A DNA stretch of 64,000 nucleotides from assembly GCA_963666345.1 (NCBI GenBank), contig OY762721.1:320001-384000 (forward strand), given 5' to 3'. Below are positions 10,641 through 21,634 of the stretch, in pieces. The DNA comes from Desulfatiglandales bacterium. GTDB taxonomy: Bacteria; Desulfobacterota; DSM-4660; Desulfatiglandales; Desulfatiglandaceae. Position 1 is the stretch's first letter. Every line of letters starts with the position of its first letter. A program made the position numbers and the translations under genes. The notes beneath the pieces are model-generated. The model saw only the letters and a program-made list of their open reading frames with translations. It ran no database searches and was not told the origin of the DNA.

Positions 10641-11966
10641 GTGGAAATGTTAGAGCAGTTGAAAAAAAACGGTTTTGTAATATCTCTTTTGACAAGGCTC
10701 CATGCTGCCGGGCATGAGGCCTTTATTGTGGGCGGCGCGGTCAGAAATGCGATTCTATCAATCCCGATAAAGGACTGGGATATTGCCACCTCCGCCTCGA
10801 CCCGGGAGATGGAGCTCCTTTTTCCTGATCTGAGAAGATTCACCATGAAACATGGCACTGTTACCCTTCTTGGCTCAAATAACAGATGTGAGACAACAAC
10901 CTTCAGAGGTTCAGCGAAAACCATAAGAAACGACCTCGAATTACGGGACTTTACCGTAAACGCAATGGCCTTTGATATCAGGGGTGATAGGGTCATCGAT
11001 CACCAGGGCGGACAAAGAGACCTCAAAAGAAGTATCATAAGGGCCGTGGGAATGCCGTCTGATCGTTTCGAAGAAGATCCGATCCGCCTTTTAAGGGCGA
11101 TCCGGCTCTGCTCTGAGCTTGATTTTCATCCTGAACCATACACACTTGCCTCTATTTCAGAAAACTCCCCGCTTTTAGACACGGTCTCAAGGGAACGGAT
11201 CAGGGATGAACTTACCAGGCTTCTTCTCACTGTAAGGCCGTCTCAGGGATTCCGCCTTGCCGCTGAAACAGGGCTGTTAAAGCACTTCCTTCCGGAACTT
11301 ATGGAATGCGTGGGTGTGGCTCAAAACGATTATCACAGTTACAGTGTATTCGGACACACACTTGATACCATAGACAGAACCGAGGCTGATCTTACTATAA
11401 GACTGACGGCCCTGTTTCACGATCTTGCAAAACCGGTCGTGATAAAACATAGGGGAGAAAGGCGTACCTTCCACGGGCATGAAAAGGCGGGTGCCGTGAT
11501 GGCCGTTAGTATAATGCGCCGCCTCAGGTTCAATGTATCCCTGACAGAAAAGGTCGGCATTCTGGTATCAAATCATATGATCGATTATAATCCCTCATGG
11601 AGTGACAGTGCCGTTAGAAGGCTTATAAAGCGGGTAGGCCGGGAAAACATACAACCTCTCCTCAAATTGAGGGAGGCCGATGTCCTTGCTCACGGCAAAC
11701 AATCGGATGGTCTTTCGATGCTCAACCATTTAAGAAGCAGGATATATGATCTTTTGAGAAAACCTCTGTCCTTACATATGAGAGACCTTGCGATTGATGG
11801 AAATGACGTCATGGATATCCTTGGAATAGGACCCGGCCCGGCAGTCGGTAAGATACTGGAACAGCTCATGGACAAGGCGATAGATGAGCCTGCGATTAAC
11901 AGTCGGGAGGACCTTCTCTCACTTATTGAATCGATAAGGCAAGAGACACCTTTGACATCCGATTAG
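10641..11966 (+). CDS. cca: CCA-adding tRNA nucleotidyltransferase/poly(A) polymerase family, with HD domain
   Basis: VGGAVRN, DWDIAT, RDFTVNAMA, EDPIRLLRAIR, LFHDLAKP. Confidence 0.88.
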   Translation: MEMLEQLKKNGFVISLLTRLHAAGHEAFIVGGAVRNAILSIPIKDWDIATSASTREMELLFPDLRRFTMKHGTVTLLGSNNRCETTTFRGSAKTIRNDLELRDFTVNAMAFDIRGDRVIDHQGGQRDLKRSIIRAVGMPSDRFEEDPIRLLRAIRLCSELDFHPEPYTLASISENSPLLDTVSRERIRDELTRLLLTVRPSQGFRLAAETGLLKHFLPELMECVGVAQNDYHSYSVFGHTLDTIDRTEADLTIRLTALFHDLAKPVVIKHRGERRTFHGHEKAGAVMAVSIMRRLRFNVSLTEKVGILVSNHMIDYNPSWSDSAVRRLIKRVGRENIQPLLKLREADVLAHGKQSDGLSMLNHLRSRIYDLLRKPLSLHMRDLAIDGNDVMDILGIGPGPAVGKILEQLMDKAIDEPAINSREDLLSLIESIRQETPLTSD

Positions 11967-12322
11967 GGCCCTGGCAAGCCCCTTTACTCAATCCCGCCCC
12001 TTCTGTAAGGCCCAAATTCACCGTCTGATTCAGATATGGGCCTTAAGATAAATGGATTTGGGCGAATCCCCGGACACCGGCAAGATAAAGAGATAAGGCA
12101 CCAAGGAGCGATCACCGAGGACGGGCACCTATACGTCGCTCATTACCTCTTGATAGTGGTTCAGGGTAACACATATCTGCTTGACCTCACAGGATGCATT
12201 CTCTATACTCCTTGCAATCCAAAAGAAGAAGAAAAAACAGAATTTATTTATTTTTCCTTCGCCCTGTTTTTACCGTTATTTTTCATCTTAAACAGTAATT
12301 AAATTAATTTAACCGGAGTAAA

Positions 12323-14233
12323 ATGAAATCCCCTTATACCTTCCCCTTTCTCACTTCATCCCTTTTTTTTGCAATTTTAGCCTTCACTTTCGGCTGTGTT
12401 TCCCAGGATGCTTATGTCAAGAAGTCCACAGGCAGCACTTACACGAAAGAAGCTCCGGAGAACATAAACGCGCCCCGGGAAACTGAAGATAAGGCATCAA
12501 AGGCCTGGCAATCGGTCCACAGTCCGCAGGACGAAAAGGCCGGTAAAACCCCTGTCCAATCCGCTGAAAAAAAGGCACCTCAACCTGGAAAACCAGCTTC
12601 AGAGAACCGGCTCTCCGGTAACGGCCATGACGAGGCCGAAACGGTAGATGAACCGACGGATATGTCCGAGCAGAGCAAATCCGACCAGGAGATGCTAGAT
12701 TCTGCGCTTGAATTCTGTCAGGCATCATATGATTACTGGGGGCAGGGTGATCTGGAAAACTCAATCGACTCACTCGATCAGGCCTACTCCCTCATATTGA
12801 AAGTGAAACCCGACCACAACCCTGAGCTGCTCCAGCAGAGGGAAGACCTTCGCGTCACCATTGCCAAGAGAATCATTGAGGTCTATGCATCCAGGTTCAC
12901 GGTTGCAAACGGCTGTCACAAGGCCATTCCACTGGTAATGAACAATCACGTGCAAAGTGCGCTCGATCTGCTTAAAGGCAGAGAGAAGAAATTCTTCATG
13001 TACGCCTACAAGAGATCAGGCAGATACCGGCCTGCTATTGTAAGGGCATTAAAGGAAGCAGGCCTTCCTGAAGAACTTTCCTGGTTGCCACTTATTGAAA
13101 GCGGGTTCAAGGTAAGAGCGCTTTCAAGGGCAAGGGCACTTGGACTATGGCAGTTTATCGCCTCCACAGGATATAAATTCGGTCTGAAAAGAGACACATG
13201 GGTAGATGAAAGGATGGATCCGGAAAAATCCACAAAGGCCGCAATAGATTACCTGAAAGAGCTTCACCAGATCTTCGGAGACTGGGCCACGGTACTTGCG
13301 GCCTATAACTGCGGTGAAGGCACCGTACTGAGGAAGATAAAAACACAAAAGGTAAATTATCTTGACAATTTCTGGGACCTCTACACCAAACTTCCTTCGG
13401 AAACGGCCTTTTATGTGCCCAAATTTCTTGCCGTACTGCACATTCTGAACGACCCGAAGGCCCATGGCTTTGAACTGCCTCCGGTTGATGATGAGATTGT
13501 TGCGGACAAGGTTACCATAGACAGGCAGGTACACCTAAAGACAGTGGCCAAACACGTGGACGTCTCATATGACACATTGAAGGAACTCAATGCCGAGCTC
13601 AGGCGATATTCGACCCCCGGAAGGCCTTACACCCTAAACATCCCGAAAGGAAAGGGTGACATCCTTCTTGCAAAGATGGATGAGATCCCCACCTGGACTC
13701 CACCGGTGCCCTCCCAAGTCAGACACCGGGTAAGGAAGGGCGAAACCCTGTCAACCATAGCATGCAGGTACGGCACCAGCGTCAGGGCAATCATGAATAT
13801 AAACGGCCTTAAGAGCAGAAATTACATAAAGGTCGGCTGGAGTCTGAAGGTTCCCACAAAAAAGGCCTATGCCTCAACCGTCACACGTCCATCACTTAAA
13901 AGGGGCAAGGACAACACCTCTTTGTATGTTGTTAGAAAGGGAGATTCCCTCTGGAAAATAGCCAGACGCTTCGGAACTACCACACAGACTATTCAGGCAT
14001 TCAACCATCTCGGTTCATCAAATCTCAGCATCGGGCAGGCACTTATAATCTCCCGGGAGTCGCAGGTTTCAAAAGAGATAGCATCCACTCAATACAGGGT
14101 AAAAAGGGGCGATTCACCTTATGTAATTGCCAGGAGACACCAGATGAACCTTTCCGAATTCCTGCGCCTCAACAGGCTGACCCCCAGAAGCAGGATTTAT
14201 CCGGGCCAGATGCTTCTCGTAAAGGCCGACTGA
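12323..14233 (+). CDS. mltD: Lytic transglycosylase MltD-like lipoprotein with three LysM domains
   Basis: Lipobox FGC, IESGF, GLWQF, AAYNCGEG, three LysM repeats. Confidence 0.92.
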   Translation: MKSPYTFPFLTSSLFFAILAFTFGCVSQDAYVKKSTGSTYTKEAPENINAPRETEDKASKAWQSVHSPQDEKAGKTPVQSAEKKAPQPGKPASENRLSGNGHDEAETVDEPTDMSEQSKSDQEMLDSALEFCQASYDYWGQGDLENSIDSLDQAYSLILKVKPDHNPELLQQREDLRVTIAKRIIEVYASRFTVANGCHKAIPLVMNNHVQSALDLLKGREKKFFMYAYKRSGRYRPAIVRALKEAGLPEELSWLPLIESGFKVRALSRARALGLWQFIASTGYKFGLKRDTWVDERMDPEKSTKAAIDYLKELHQIFGDWATVLAAYNCGEGTVLRKIKTQKVNYLDNFWDLYTKLPSETAFYVPKFLAVLHILNDPKAHGFELPPVDDEIVADKVTIDRQVHLKTVAKHVDVSYDTLKELNAELRRYSTPGRPYTLNIPKGKGDILLAKMDEIPTWTPPVPSQVRHRVRKGETLSTIACRYGTSVRAIMNINGLKSRNYIKVGWSLKVPTKKAYASTVTRPSLKRGKDNTSLYVVRKGDSLWKIARRFGTTTQTIQAFNHLGSSNLSIGQALIISRESQVSKEIASTQYRVKRGDSPYVIARRHQMNLSEFLRLNRLTPRSRIYPGQMLLVKAD

Positions 14234-14278
14234 TAAGTGAAGTGCCCCGGCATCGGAGAACCGCGATCTCGCTAAATG

Positions 14279-14317
14279 AATAAAAAACCCCGATCAATTT
14301 AAACGGGGTTTTTTATT
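14279..14317. terminator. Bidirectional intrinsic terminator
   Basis: AATAAAAAACCCCG...CGGGGTTTTTTATT between convergent genes. Confidence 0.8.
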
Positions 14318-14347
14318 TATTCAGAATGTTTTCAGATAACAAAACTA

Positions 14348-15772
14348 TTAGTCCAGCATCGGAACCCCATAAGGCCCTTCTTCTACAAATGCTACCGTGG
14401 GTTCTTTTCCTTCAAATTTAGGGTTATTTACCGCATAAATAACGGCATTCTGAAACATTGCCTCAGCCTTTTCCTTTTCAGAGGCAAATTCCTGATCTTC
14501 ATCCAGCATCTCATATCCGCTTACGCCCGGGATTATTTTGTAGTCCTCTTCAGCAAGCTGGGGAGCACAATATATGAGGCCTTCTTCCCCCACCTTTCTT
14601 ATAGGCTTACCCCACATTTCAGGCTCCCACTGATCCTTGGTGAATATCCAGTCAGGATGCTGCAGGATCGAGATGTATCTGTCAGGTCCCAGGATCTTGA
14701 ACAAATGAAGGAGAGTGAGGTATTCCTGGGAACCGATCGGTCTTACATCGACATTGTTGGCGGCCATGATAATGAAACCCTTTTCCTTGACAGCTGGAAT
14801 TGCACCAACCGCTGCCTTTACACTCTGGTAATGGTCCCTGCCGACATACCCGGCATGAGTCAGGACGATATCGTAAGACTCTCTTATAGGAATTTTCACA
14901 AATTCGTTCATCGCCTTAAATGCCTCCATATGGGCATCGAACAGATCACCCCCGTATACGCCTGTGATCTTGAGTTTATGATCCAGGGTGCTGCTGATCA
15001 TAAAATCAACCCCCACAGTCTTGGCCACCTCTACGGCCTCCTCGTGGCATGGATTTCCCTCCAGAATCAGGTTTGTAGCGTTGGGGTGTTCAAGAAACTC
15101 CACACCGTGAAATTTTTCAATAGTCTTCGTATTAACCAGGGCCGGGCATACCGCCTTTCTGCCCCCTGATATCCCGGTCATGAAATGACTTTCGACTAGT
15201 CCGGTGACGATCTTTACATCCGAAGCATGGAATATCCTGTTGAGATATACCTCGGTGTCCCTTGTTGTGTGAGCGGCAAGCACCATGGTGGACATATCTT
15301 CACAGTCATGATCAACGATGCGGTAATTATCCACAACCTCAGGCCCGTACATGAACAGCCTCTCTTCCAGGGTGCTGGGACGGTGCATCCCGTTTCCTAT
15401 AACTATAACGATGTTATCCCTCTTTACCCCGGCCCCCTCTATGATTTCAAAAAGGGGAAGAAGCACGCCGTTTTCTCCTTTGTATGGAACCGGCCTTGTT
15501 ATATCAGACACAGTCACGCATACGGTTAACTCATCCAACGGTTTTCCCTTTGATCGGATGATTTCCGGTAGTGTAGGCGAACCTATCGGATTATTAAGCG
15601 CCTCCGATATCTGCTCCTTCGAACCGGCCTTGCTTGGCATAGGTTTCATCTTGAGACTCTCACACTGAGGGGGGACTGATATATCCAGGCAATCATCCCC
15701 GAACTCAACTTGGATCCTTTTCCAGCCTTTCATGTCCGCCTTAGAAATAATCTCCGATATCTCCTGTCTCAT
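14348..15772 (-). CDS. larA: LarA-family nickel-pincer racemase/epimerase
   Basis: SDITRP, GNGMHR, DHDC, HFMTGISGGRKAVCP, DQWE; GGAGGGGAG RBS before ATG 15772. Confidence 0.85.
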   Translation of the reverse strand: MRQEISEIISKADMKGWKRIQVEFGDDCLDISVPPQCESLKMKPMPSKAGSKEQISEALNNPIGSPTLPEIIRSKGKPLDELTVCVTVSDITRPVPYKGENGVLLPLFEIIEGAGVKRDNIVIVIGNGMHRPSTLEERLFMYGPEVVDNYRIVDHDCEDMSTMVLAAHTTRDTEVYLNRIFHASDVKIVTGLVESHFMTGISGGRKAVCPALVNTKTIEKFHGVEFLEHPNATNLILEGNPCHEEAVEVAKTVGVDFMISSTLDHKLKITGVYGGDLFDAHMEAFKAMNEFVKIPIRESYDIVLTHAGYVGRDHYQSVKAAVGAIPAVKEKGFIIMAANNVDVRPIGSQEYLTLLHLFKILGPDRYISILQHPDWIFTKDQWEPEMWGKPIRKVGEEGLIYCAPQLAEEDYKIIPGVSGYEMLDEDQEFASEKEKAEAMFQNAVIYAVNNPKFEGKEPTVAFVEEGPYGVPMLD

Positions 15773-16020
15773 ACTCCCCTCCAGTAACCTTATCCGATGC
15801 AGGTGCATCTGAATGGCATTTAATATATTAATAATATGAAGATGTTACTTCTAATTCCCTGTGCTATTGGTAAATTGTTCTCACGGCGAAAGAATCTTAG
15901 GGAATATATTATTTAGTGTCAATCGTAAATATTAAGTCATGTTTCATCCTGCTCTGAAACCGAAAAGTAAAAGAGCATCATGGCACTTACAAACCGGGGG
16001 AGGGCCCATGCCTCAGCCCG

Positions 16021-16626
16021 TTATCTCCAATCAGCCGGCAGATCTTTTATCTCAGCCAGCCTCTTGATTACGAAATCCGGCTCCGGATCCCCTTTCTGCA
16101 TAACCGGGGGACCACCGTTTGTTACAAGAACCGTCTTGGCTCCCGCCTCCTTTCCTGCCATAACATCAAACCTGAAGTCACCCACTACCATCAGATGTTC
16201 AGTCATAAGCCCCATCTGACCCGCTGCCTCTACAACGCCCTCAGGATGAGGTTTGGGCAATGAAGAATCACGCGTTATGACGGCCTTGAAAAAAGAGATA
16301 TCTATTCCTTCAAACCTTCTTAGCGTCGTCATAACCGCCTTTTCGCTGTTTCTGGTTATAATGCCCAAGACATAACCTTTTTCCCTGAAAAAATAAAGGC
16401 ACTCCTTGGCCCCGACGTTCGGAACTGATAATTCGGCCGCCTTTTCTTCAATCTCATCCAACACCCCCATCAGTTTAACTCTATTGCTCGGAGGCTGTTC
16501 ATCCAGAAATTCAAGGATAGGCCTATCAATCGGGCAGCCCAGTGTTTTCTTTATAGCGGGAAAGTCAAGGGCGCCTGGCTTGGTAAGGGTCCCGTCCAGA
16601 TCAAAGAGTAATCCTCTTATAGTCAT
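16021..16626 (-). CDS. HAD-family hydrolase
   Basis: LLFDLDGTLT, ITRN, KPHPEG, VGDFRFDV. Confidence 0.9.
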   Translation of the reverse strand: MTIRGLLFDLDGTLTKPGALDFPAIKKTLGCPIDRPILEFLDEQPPSNRVKLMGVLDEIEEKAAELSVPNVGAKECLYFFREKGYVLGIITRNSEKAVMTTLRRFEGIDISFFKAVITRDSSLPKPHPEGVVEAAGQMGLMTEHLMVVGDFRFDVMAGKEAGAKTVLVTNGGPPVMQKGDPEPDFVIKRLAEIKDLPADWR

Positions 16627-17399
16627 TTTTCACTCCATACAGGATCCCTTTTTTCAAAAAAGGCGCTCATTCCTTCGACTGCATCATCCATGAGGGCATT
16701 TGCCGATATAAGTTCACTTGCATACATGTATGCATTATGCTCCTGCATTTCTATCTGTCTGTAAAATCCCCGCTTCCCGAGCCCAAGGGTTTCAAGGCTG
16801 TAACCGGATATCTCTTCCGCCAGAGCAGCGGCCTCTTTATCCAGATTATTCAGGGGCACCACTCTGTTAACCAGTCCGAACTCAAGCGCCTCGTCTGCAT
16901 CGATAAATCTGCCGGTCAAAAGCATTTCCATTGCCCGTTTTCTACCAACCGCTCGGCTGAGAGGCACGGAGGGCGTTGTACAGAAAAGTCCTATTTTTAC
17001 CCCTGGAGTCGCGAACCTTGCACCCTCCTCAGCGATCGCCAGATCGGAGGCGGCCACAAGCTGACATCCGGCTGCGGTAGCGATACCGTGGACCTGACAG
17101 ATAACGGGTTGCGGTATATCATGCATAAGGCTCATCAGCAATATGCACCTTCCAAACAGCTCCCTTATATTATCAATCCCCTTGTTCAAGATCTCCTTCA
17201 TGTCATGACCGGCGCAGAAACTCGGACCACTGCCCTTTATGATTATAACCTTAACCCTTTTTTCATTTCCCCCGTCCCGCAGGCACCTGTGAATTTCATC
17301 AAGCATTTCAAGGGACAAGGCATTTCTTGTTTCAGGCCTGTTAAGGGTCAAGAACCCTATCCTGCCCTCTTCTCTGTAAATTATGTTCTTATAGGTCAT
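16623..17399 (-). CDS. Enoyl-CoA hydratase/isomerase family
   Basis: LNRPETRNALS, FCAGHD, ATAAGCQLVA, FATPGVKIGLFC. Confidence 0.9.
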   Translation of the reverse strand: MTYKNIIYREEGRIGFLTLNRPETRNALSLEMLDEIHRCLRDGGNEKRVKVIIIKGSGPSFCAGHDMKEILNKGIDNIRELFGRCILLMSLMHDIPQPVICQVHGIATAAGCQLVAASDLAIAEEGARFATPGVKIGLFCTTPSVPLSRAVGRKRAMEMLLTGRFIDADEALEFGLVNRVVPLNNLDKEAAALAEEISGYSLETLGLGKRGFYRQIEMQEHNAYMYASELISANALMDDAVEGMSAFFEKRDPVWSEK

Positions 17400-17668
17400 A
17401 AGCCCTCCTTGGATGAGAATCGCTTTTGAACACACCTGTTCACCTCTTTCCGTTACTTCTATCATCTATGAATGACTCAGTCACCACTATTGTATAAACA
17501 TTTCACCTTAAAAGATGAAACCTTTTACAACCTCCAATTTTTAGCTTGACCTGGAGGTCCCGGTAGGGTTATTTGGATACCTTTTGTCTCAAATGTTAAA
17601 AATATGCATTGACTATACTGCTAAACGGGATTTTGATAAAGAGCCACTTCTGGATGGAAACCAAATAA

Positions 17669-18799
<1,131 letters not shown>

Positions 18800-18816
18800 T
18801 TAAAGGGGACAGGGAG

Positions 18817-19596
18817 CTAGAAATATCTGCTACTTTTTTCTCCCTCACCCAGCATGGCCCTGGCCACAAGCAGGCTCTGGTTCCTGTCTTCAAGATTAAG
18901 TGCCTGCTCCAGGCCACCCGAGTCCAGGTTCATGTTTATTGCCTCCTTGGTAAGCCTTACCCCCATTGAATTCTTGCTGTTTATCTGTTTTGCCATCTCA
19001 ACCGAATTGTCTATAAGATCGTCCCGCTCAACCATCCGGCTGACGAGACCCAGTTCAAAGGCCTGTTGAGCCGTCATGGAGTCTCCGGTAAGCATGAATT
19101 CATATGCCCTGCCCGCTCCGATAAGCCTGGGCAGAAAATAGCTGCAGGCCATATCAGCCCCTCCAAGTCCGATATTTATGTAGGCCGCTGAAAACCGGGC
19201 ATCACCTGTAACAATCCTGATATCCGAAGCAAGGGCGAAGCTGAAACCAAGTCCCGCCGCAGCCCCGTGAACAGAGCATATAATCGGCTGAGGAGCCCTT
19301 CTCATTGCAAGGGTAAGCCTCGCAAGTCTCGACTGAAACCGGTAGAATTCATCAGTAGTCATACGGTCAAAGGTTTTTACCGACTCCTTCATGTCAAGCC
19401 CCGCGCAAAACCCCCTTTTTCCGTTTCCCTTCAAGATTATCACATTGGTCTTGAGATCGTTCTTTTTTTCCGCCCAGAAGACCTCAAGTTCTTCCATCAT
19501 CAGGTGATTTACTGAGTTGTACCTCCTGGGCCTATTGAGGCACAGCATCTCTATCCCCTCTTCCACCTTTTGCGATTCTATCGTCTTATAACCCAT
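18817..19596 (-). CDS. Enoyl-CoA hydratase/isomerase family
   Basis: LNRPRRYN, FCAGLD, GAAAGLGFSFALASD, YFLPRLIG. Confidence 0.9.
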   Translation of the reverse strand: MGYKTIESQKVEEGIEMLCLNRPRRYNSVNHLMMEELEVFWAEKKNDLKTNVIILKGNGKRGFCAGLDMKESVKTFDRMTTDEFYRFQSRLARLTLAMRRAPQPIICSVHGAAAGLGFSFALASDIRIVTGDARFSAAYINIGLGGADMACSYFLPRLIGAGRAYEFMLTGDSMTAQQAFELGLVSRMVERDDLIDNSVEMAKQINSKNSMGVRLTKEAINMNLDSGGLEQALNLEDRNQSLLVARAMLGEGEKSSRYF

Positions 19597-19897
19597 TTAA
19601 CCCCCATTAAAATCTCCAGGATATCTGTCCGCCAAAAGGCCCTGCATCTAATTCCGCCAAGGCCGCACAAAAGTCAAATACACCCCTTGAATAGAATATG
19701 ACGCCCCTGATTGATACCCCATTGATATGACATGGGGTAATTCATTGTCGCAGGACTCATATTTTCGCCTTTTCCCCTTGATGGTGCAACCACTTTCCGT
19801 TATATCTTTTTTTAGAGCCTTCTTTCACGGGGTTTCATCTCATCGGAGCAGCCCTATCTGAAATTTCATCCAATGCCCTTCTGAAAAAGGGGCTTTC

Positions 19898-21424
19898 ATG
19901 GGAAAAATGCTCAAAAATCTGAAAGAATATCATTATCAGAGCAGTTATGACCGTGATAAAATGCATGGACATCGGCTTGACTGGAAAAATCGCCCCCGCC
20001 CGTTCAAGCAATATCCGGGGCAAAAGCGGATAGAAATGCCAAGGCCTGTCGGTCTTCCTGACACAGATTTTTCAGATCTTCTCAAATACCCCGGGAAAAC
20101 AGTGCCTCTGGAAAAAGCAAACATCCTTGATCTATCAGACATTCTCCATCTTTCATATGGCATAACCGCCAGGGCCCAGCATGGCGATGACTATCTTTAC
20201 TTTCGAACGGTTGCCTCAGCAGGTGGTCTTTACCCCTCTGAGATCTATATTTCATCACACCGAGTAAAAGGATTGGCAGACGGGCTCTACTATTTCTCCG
20301 CCGCCGATCACAGTCTGATCCCTCTCAGGACGGGAAACATCTCCGCTACGATAAACGCCCTTTCCGGCATCGGTGAGGACACATCCCCTTTTTTTATATT
20401 CTTTTTTTCCGCTATATTTTTCAGGAGCGCTTGGAAATACAGGGAAAGGGCGTACCGCTATAACCTTCTGGATACAGGACATCTTATTGAACAAACCGTC
20501 ATGGCTTTAAAGGCATTGGGAGCACCCTTTTTCCTTACTTATGACTTTGACGACCCATTCATTAACAACCTGCTGGGAGTTAACCAGGACCTAGAGGCCT
20601 GTCTTGCCGTATGCCTTGTTCCGGGTCCCAAGGGATCAACTGCTCATAGAAAAATGGAAGTCCTTCCCGATCTGCCCGAATCCATAAAAAATTCAAGCAA
20701 ATCTGCTTCATTTGAAAACGACTACCCCATCATAAGGGAGGCCCATAAGAAGGGTTTTTCAGCATACAGACATGCCGTAACAGACAGGGGACCAAATGAA
20801 TTGATTATCCGGGCAACCTCCTGGCAGACCATCAGAAGAGACAAACAATGGACTGACAGGCCCGGTTTTACGGAAAGCACTTTAAGACGCCGCTCCAGAA
20901 GAAATTTCATTAGAGCCGCTCTGAAATCCGAGCAGCTGGATTCGGTTCTAGCCTCTCTTTGCGAGCCCTCCCCTGGTGAGCCCGACTCACTGAACCGGAA
21001 GACGACACCCTTAATTACCGGTGCCCTTATTGAAAAGGCGGAGGGTTTTGATCCAGGCTTTTATATCATTGATGGTGCATCCGGCAGGATCGGATTGGTA
21101 AAGGCTGGAAGATTCATTGAGGGCATGGCAAATGTCTGTCTTGGGCAATTATGGGTTAACAGGGCTTCTGTCCACATACTCTTTCTGGCTGACCTTGAAC
21201 TCATGGATAAGACATGGGGCGGCAGGGCTTACCGATATGCCATGCTGGAGGCCGGAAGAAAGGGTCAAAAGCTGTATCTGGCTGCAGAAAGCGCCGGGCT
21301 GGGCTGCTGTGGAATAGGCGCATTTTATGACAAGGAGGCATCCGCGATCCTTGACATCAAAGATCCCCTGCGGCTACTGTATCTGGTTGTAATTGGTACT
21401 CCCGCGCATACCGTTGGGCCCTGA
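19898..21424 (+). CDS. Two-domain SagB/nitroreductase-family FMN protein
   Basis: RTVASAGGLYPSE, WKYRERAYRY, RRRSRRNF, CCGIGAFYD. Confidence 0.85.
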   Translation: MGKMLKNLKEYHYQSSYDRDKMHGHRLDWKNRPRPFKQYPGQKRIEMPRPVGLPDTDFSDLLKYPGKTVPLEKANILDLSDILHLSYGITARAQHGDDYLYFRTVASAGGLYPSEIYISSHRVKGLADGLYYFSAADHSLIPLRTGNISATINALSGIGEDTSPFFIFFFSAIFFRSAWKYRERAYRYNLLDTGHLIEQTVMALKALGAPFFLTYDFDDPFINNLLGVNQDLEACLAVCLVPGPKGSTAHRKMEVLPDLPESIKNSSKSASFENDYPIIREAHKKGFSAYRHAVTDRGPNELIIRATSWQTIRRDKQWTDRPGFTESTLRRRSRRNFIRAALKSEQLDSVLASLCEPSPGEPDSLNRKTTPLITGALIEKAEGFDPGFYIIDGASGRIGLVKAGRFIEGMANVCLGQLWVNRASVHILFLADLELMDKTWGGRAYRYAMLEAGRKGQKLYLAAESAGLGCCGIGAFYDKEASAILDIKDPLRLLYLVVIGTPAHTVGP

Positions 21425-21634
21425 AGGCACAGCACACAATCCCGTCTGAAAGGGCCGTGCCTACCGGGGTCAGACTTGCTATGCGGGGACCGGTGAGCCC
21501 GGGGCGAGCTGAAAGGGATACTGACACCTTTAAAGACATCGAAGTGAAGGATGATCACGGTTTCGCACTGAAATCCGGACCGGCACTCACATCAAGGGAC
21601 TATTTTTGGAGCTTACATCGAAAGGAACTCCATT

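Noticed and set aside
21425..21634. GC-rich intergenic stretch as a c-di-AMP or other riboswitch
   Set aside because: Only a GCGGGGACC fragment resembles the consensus
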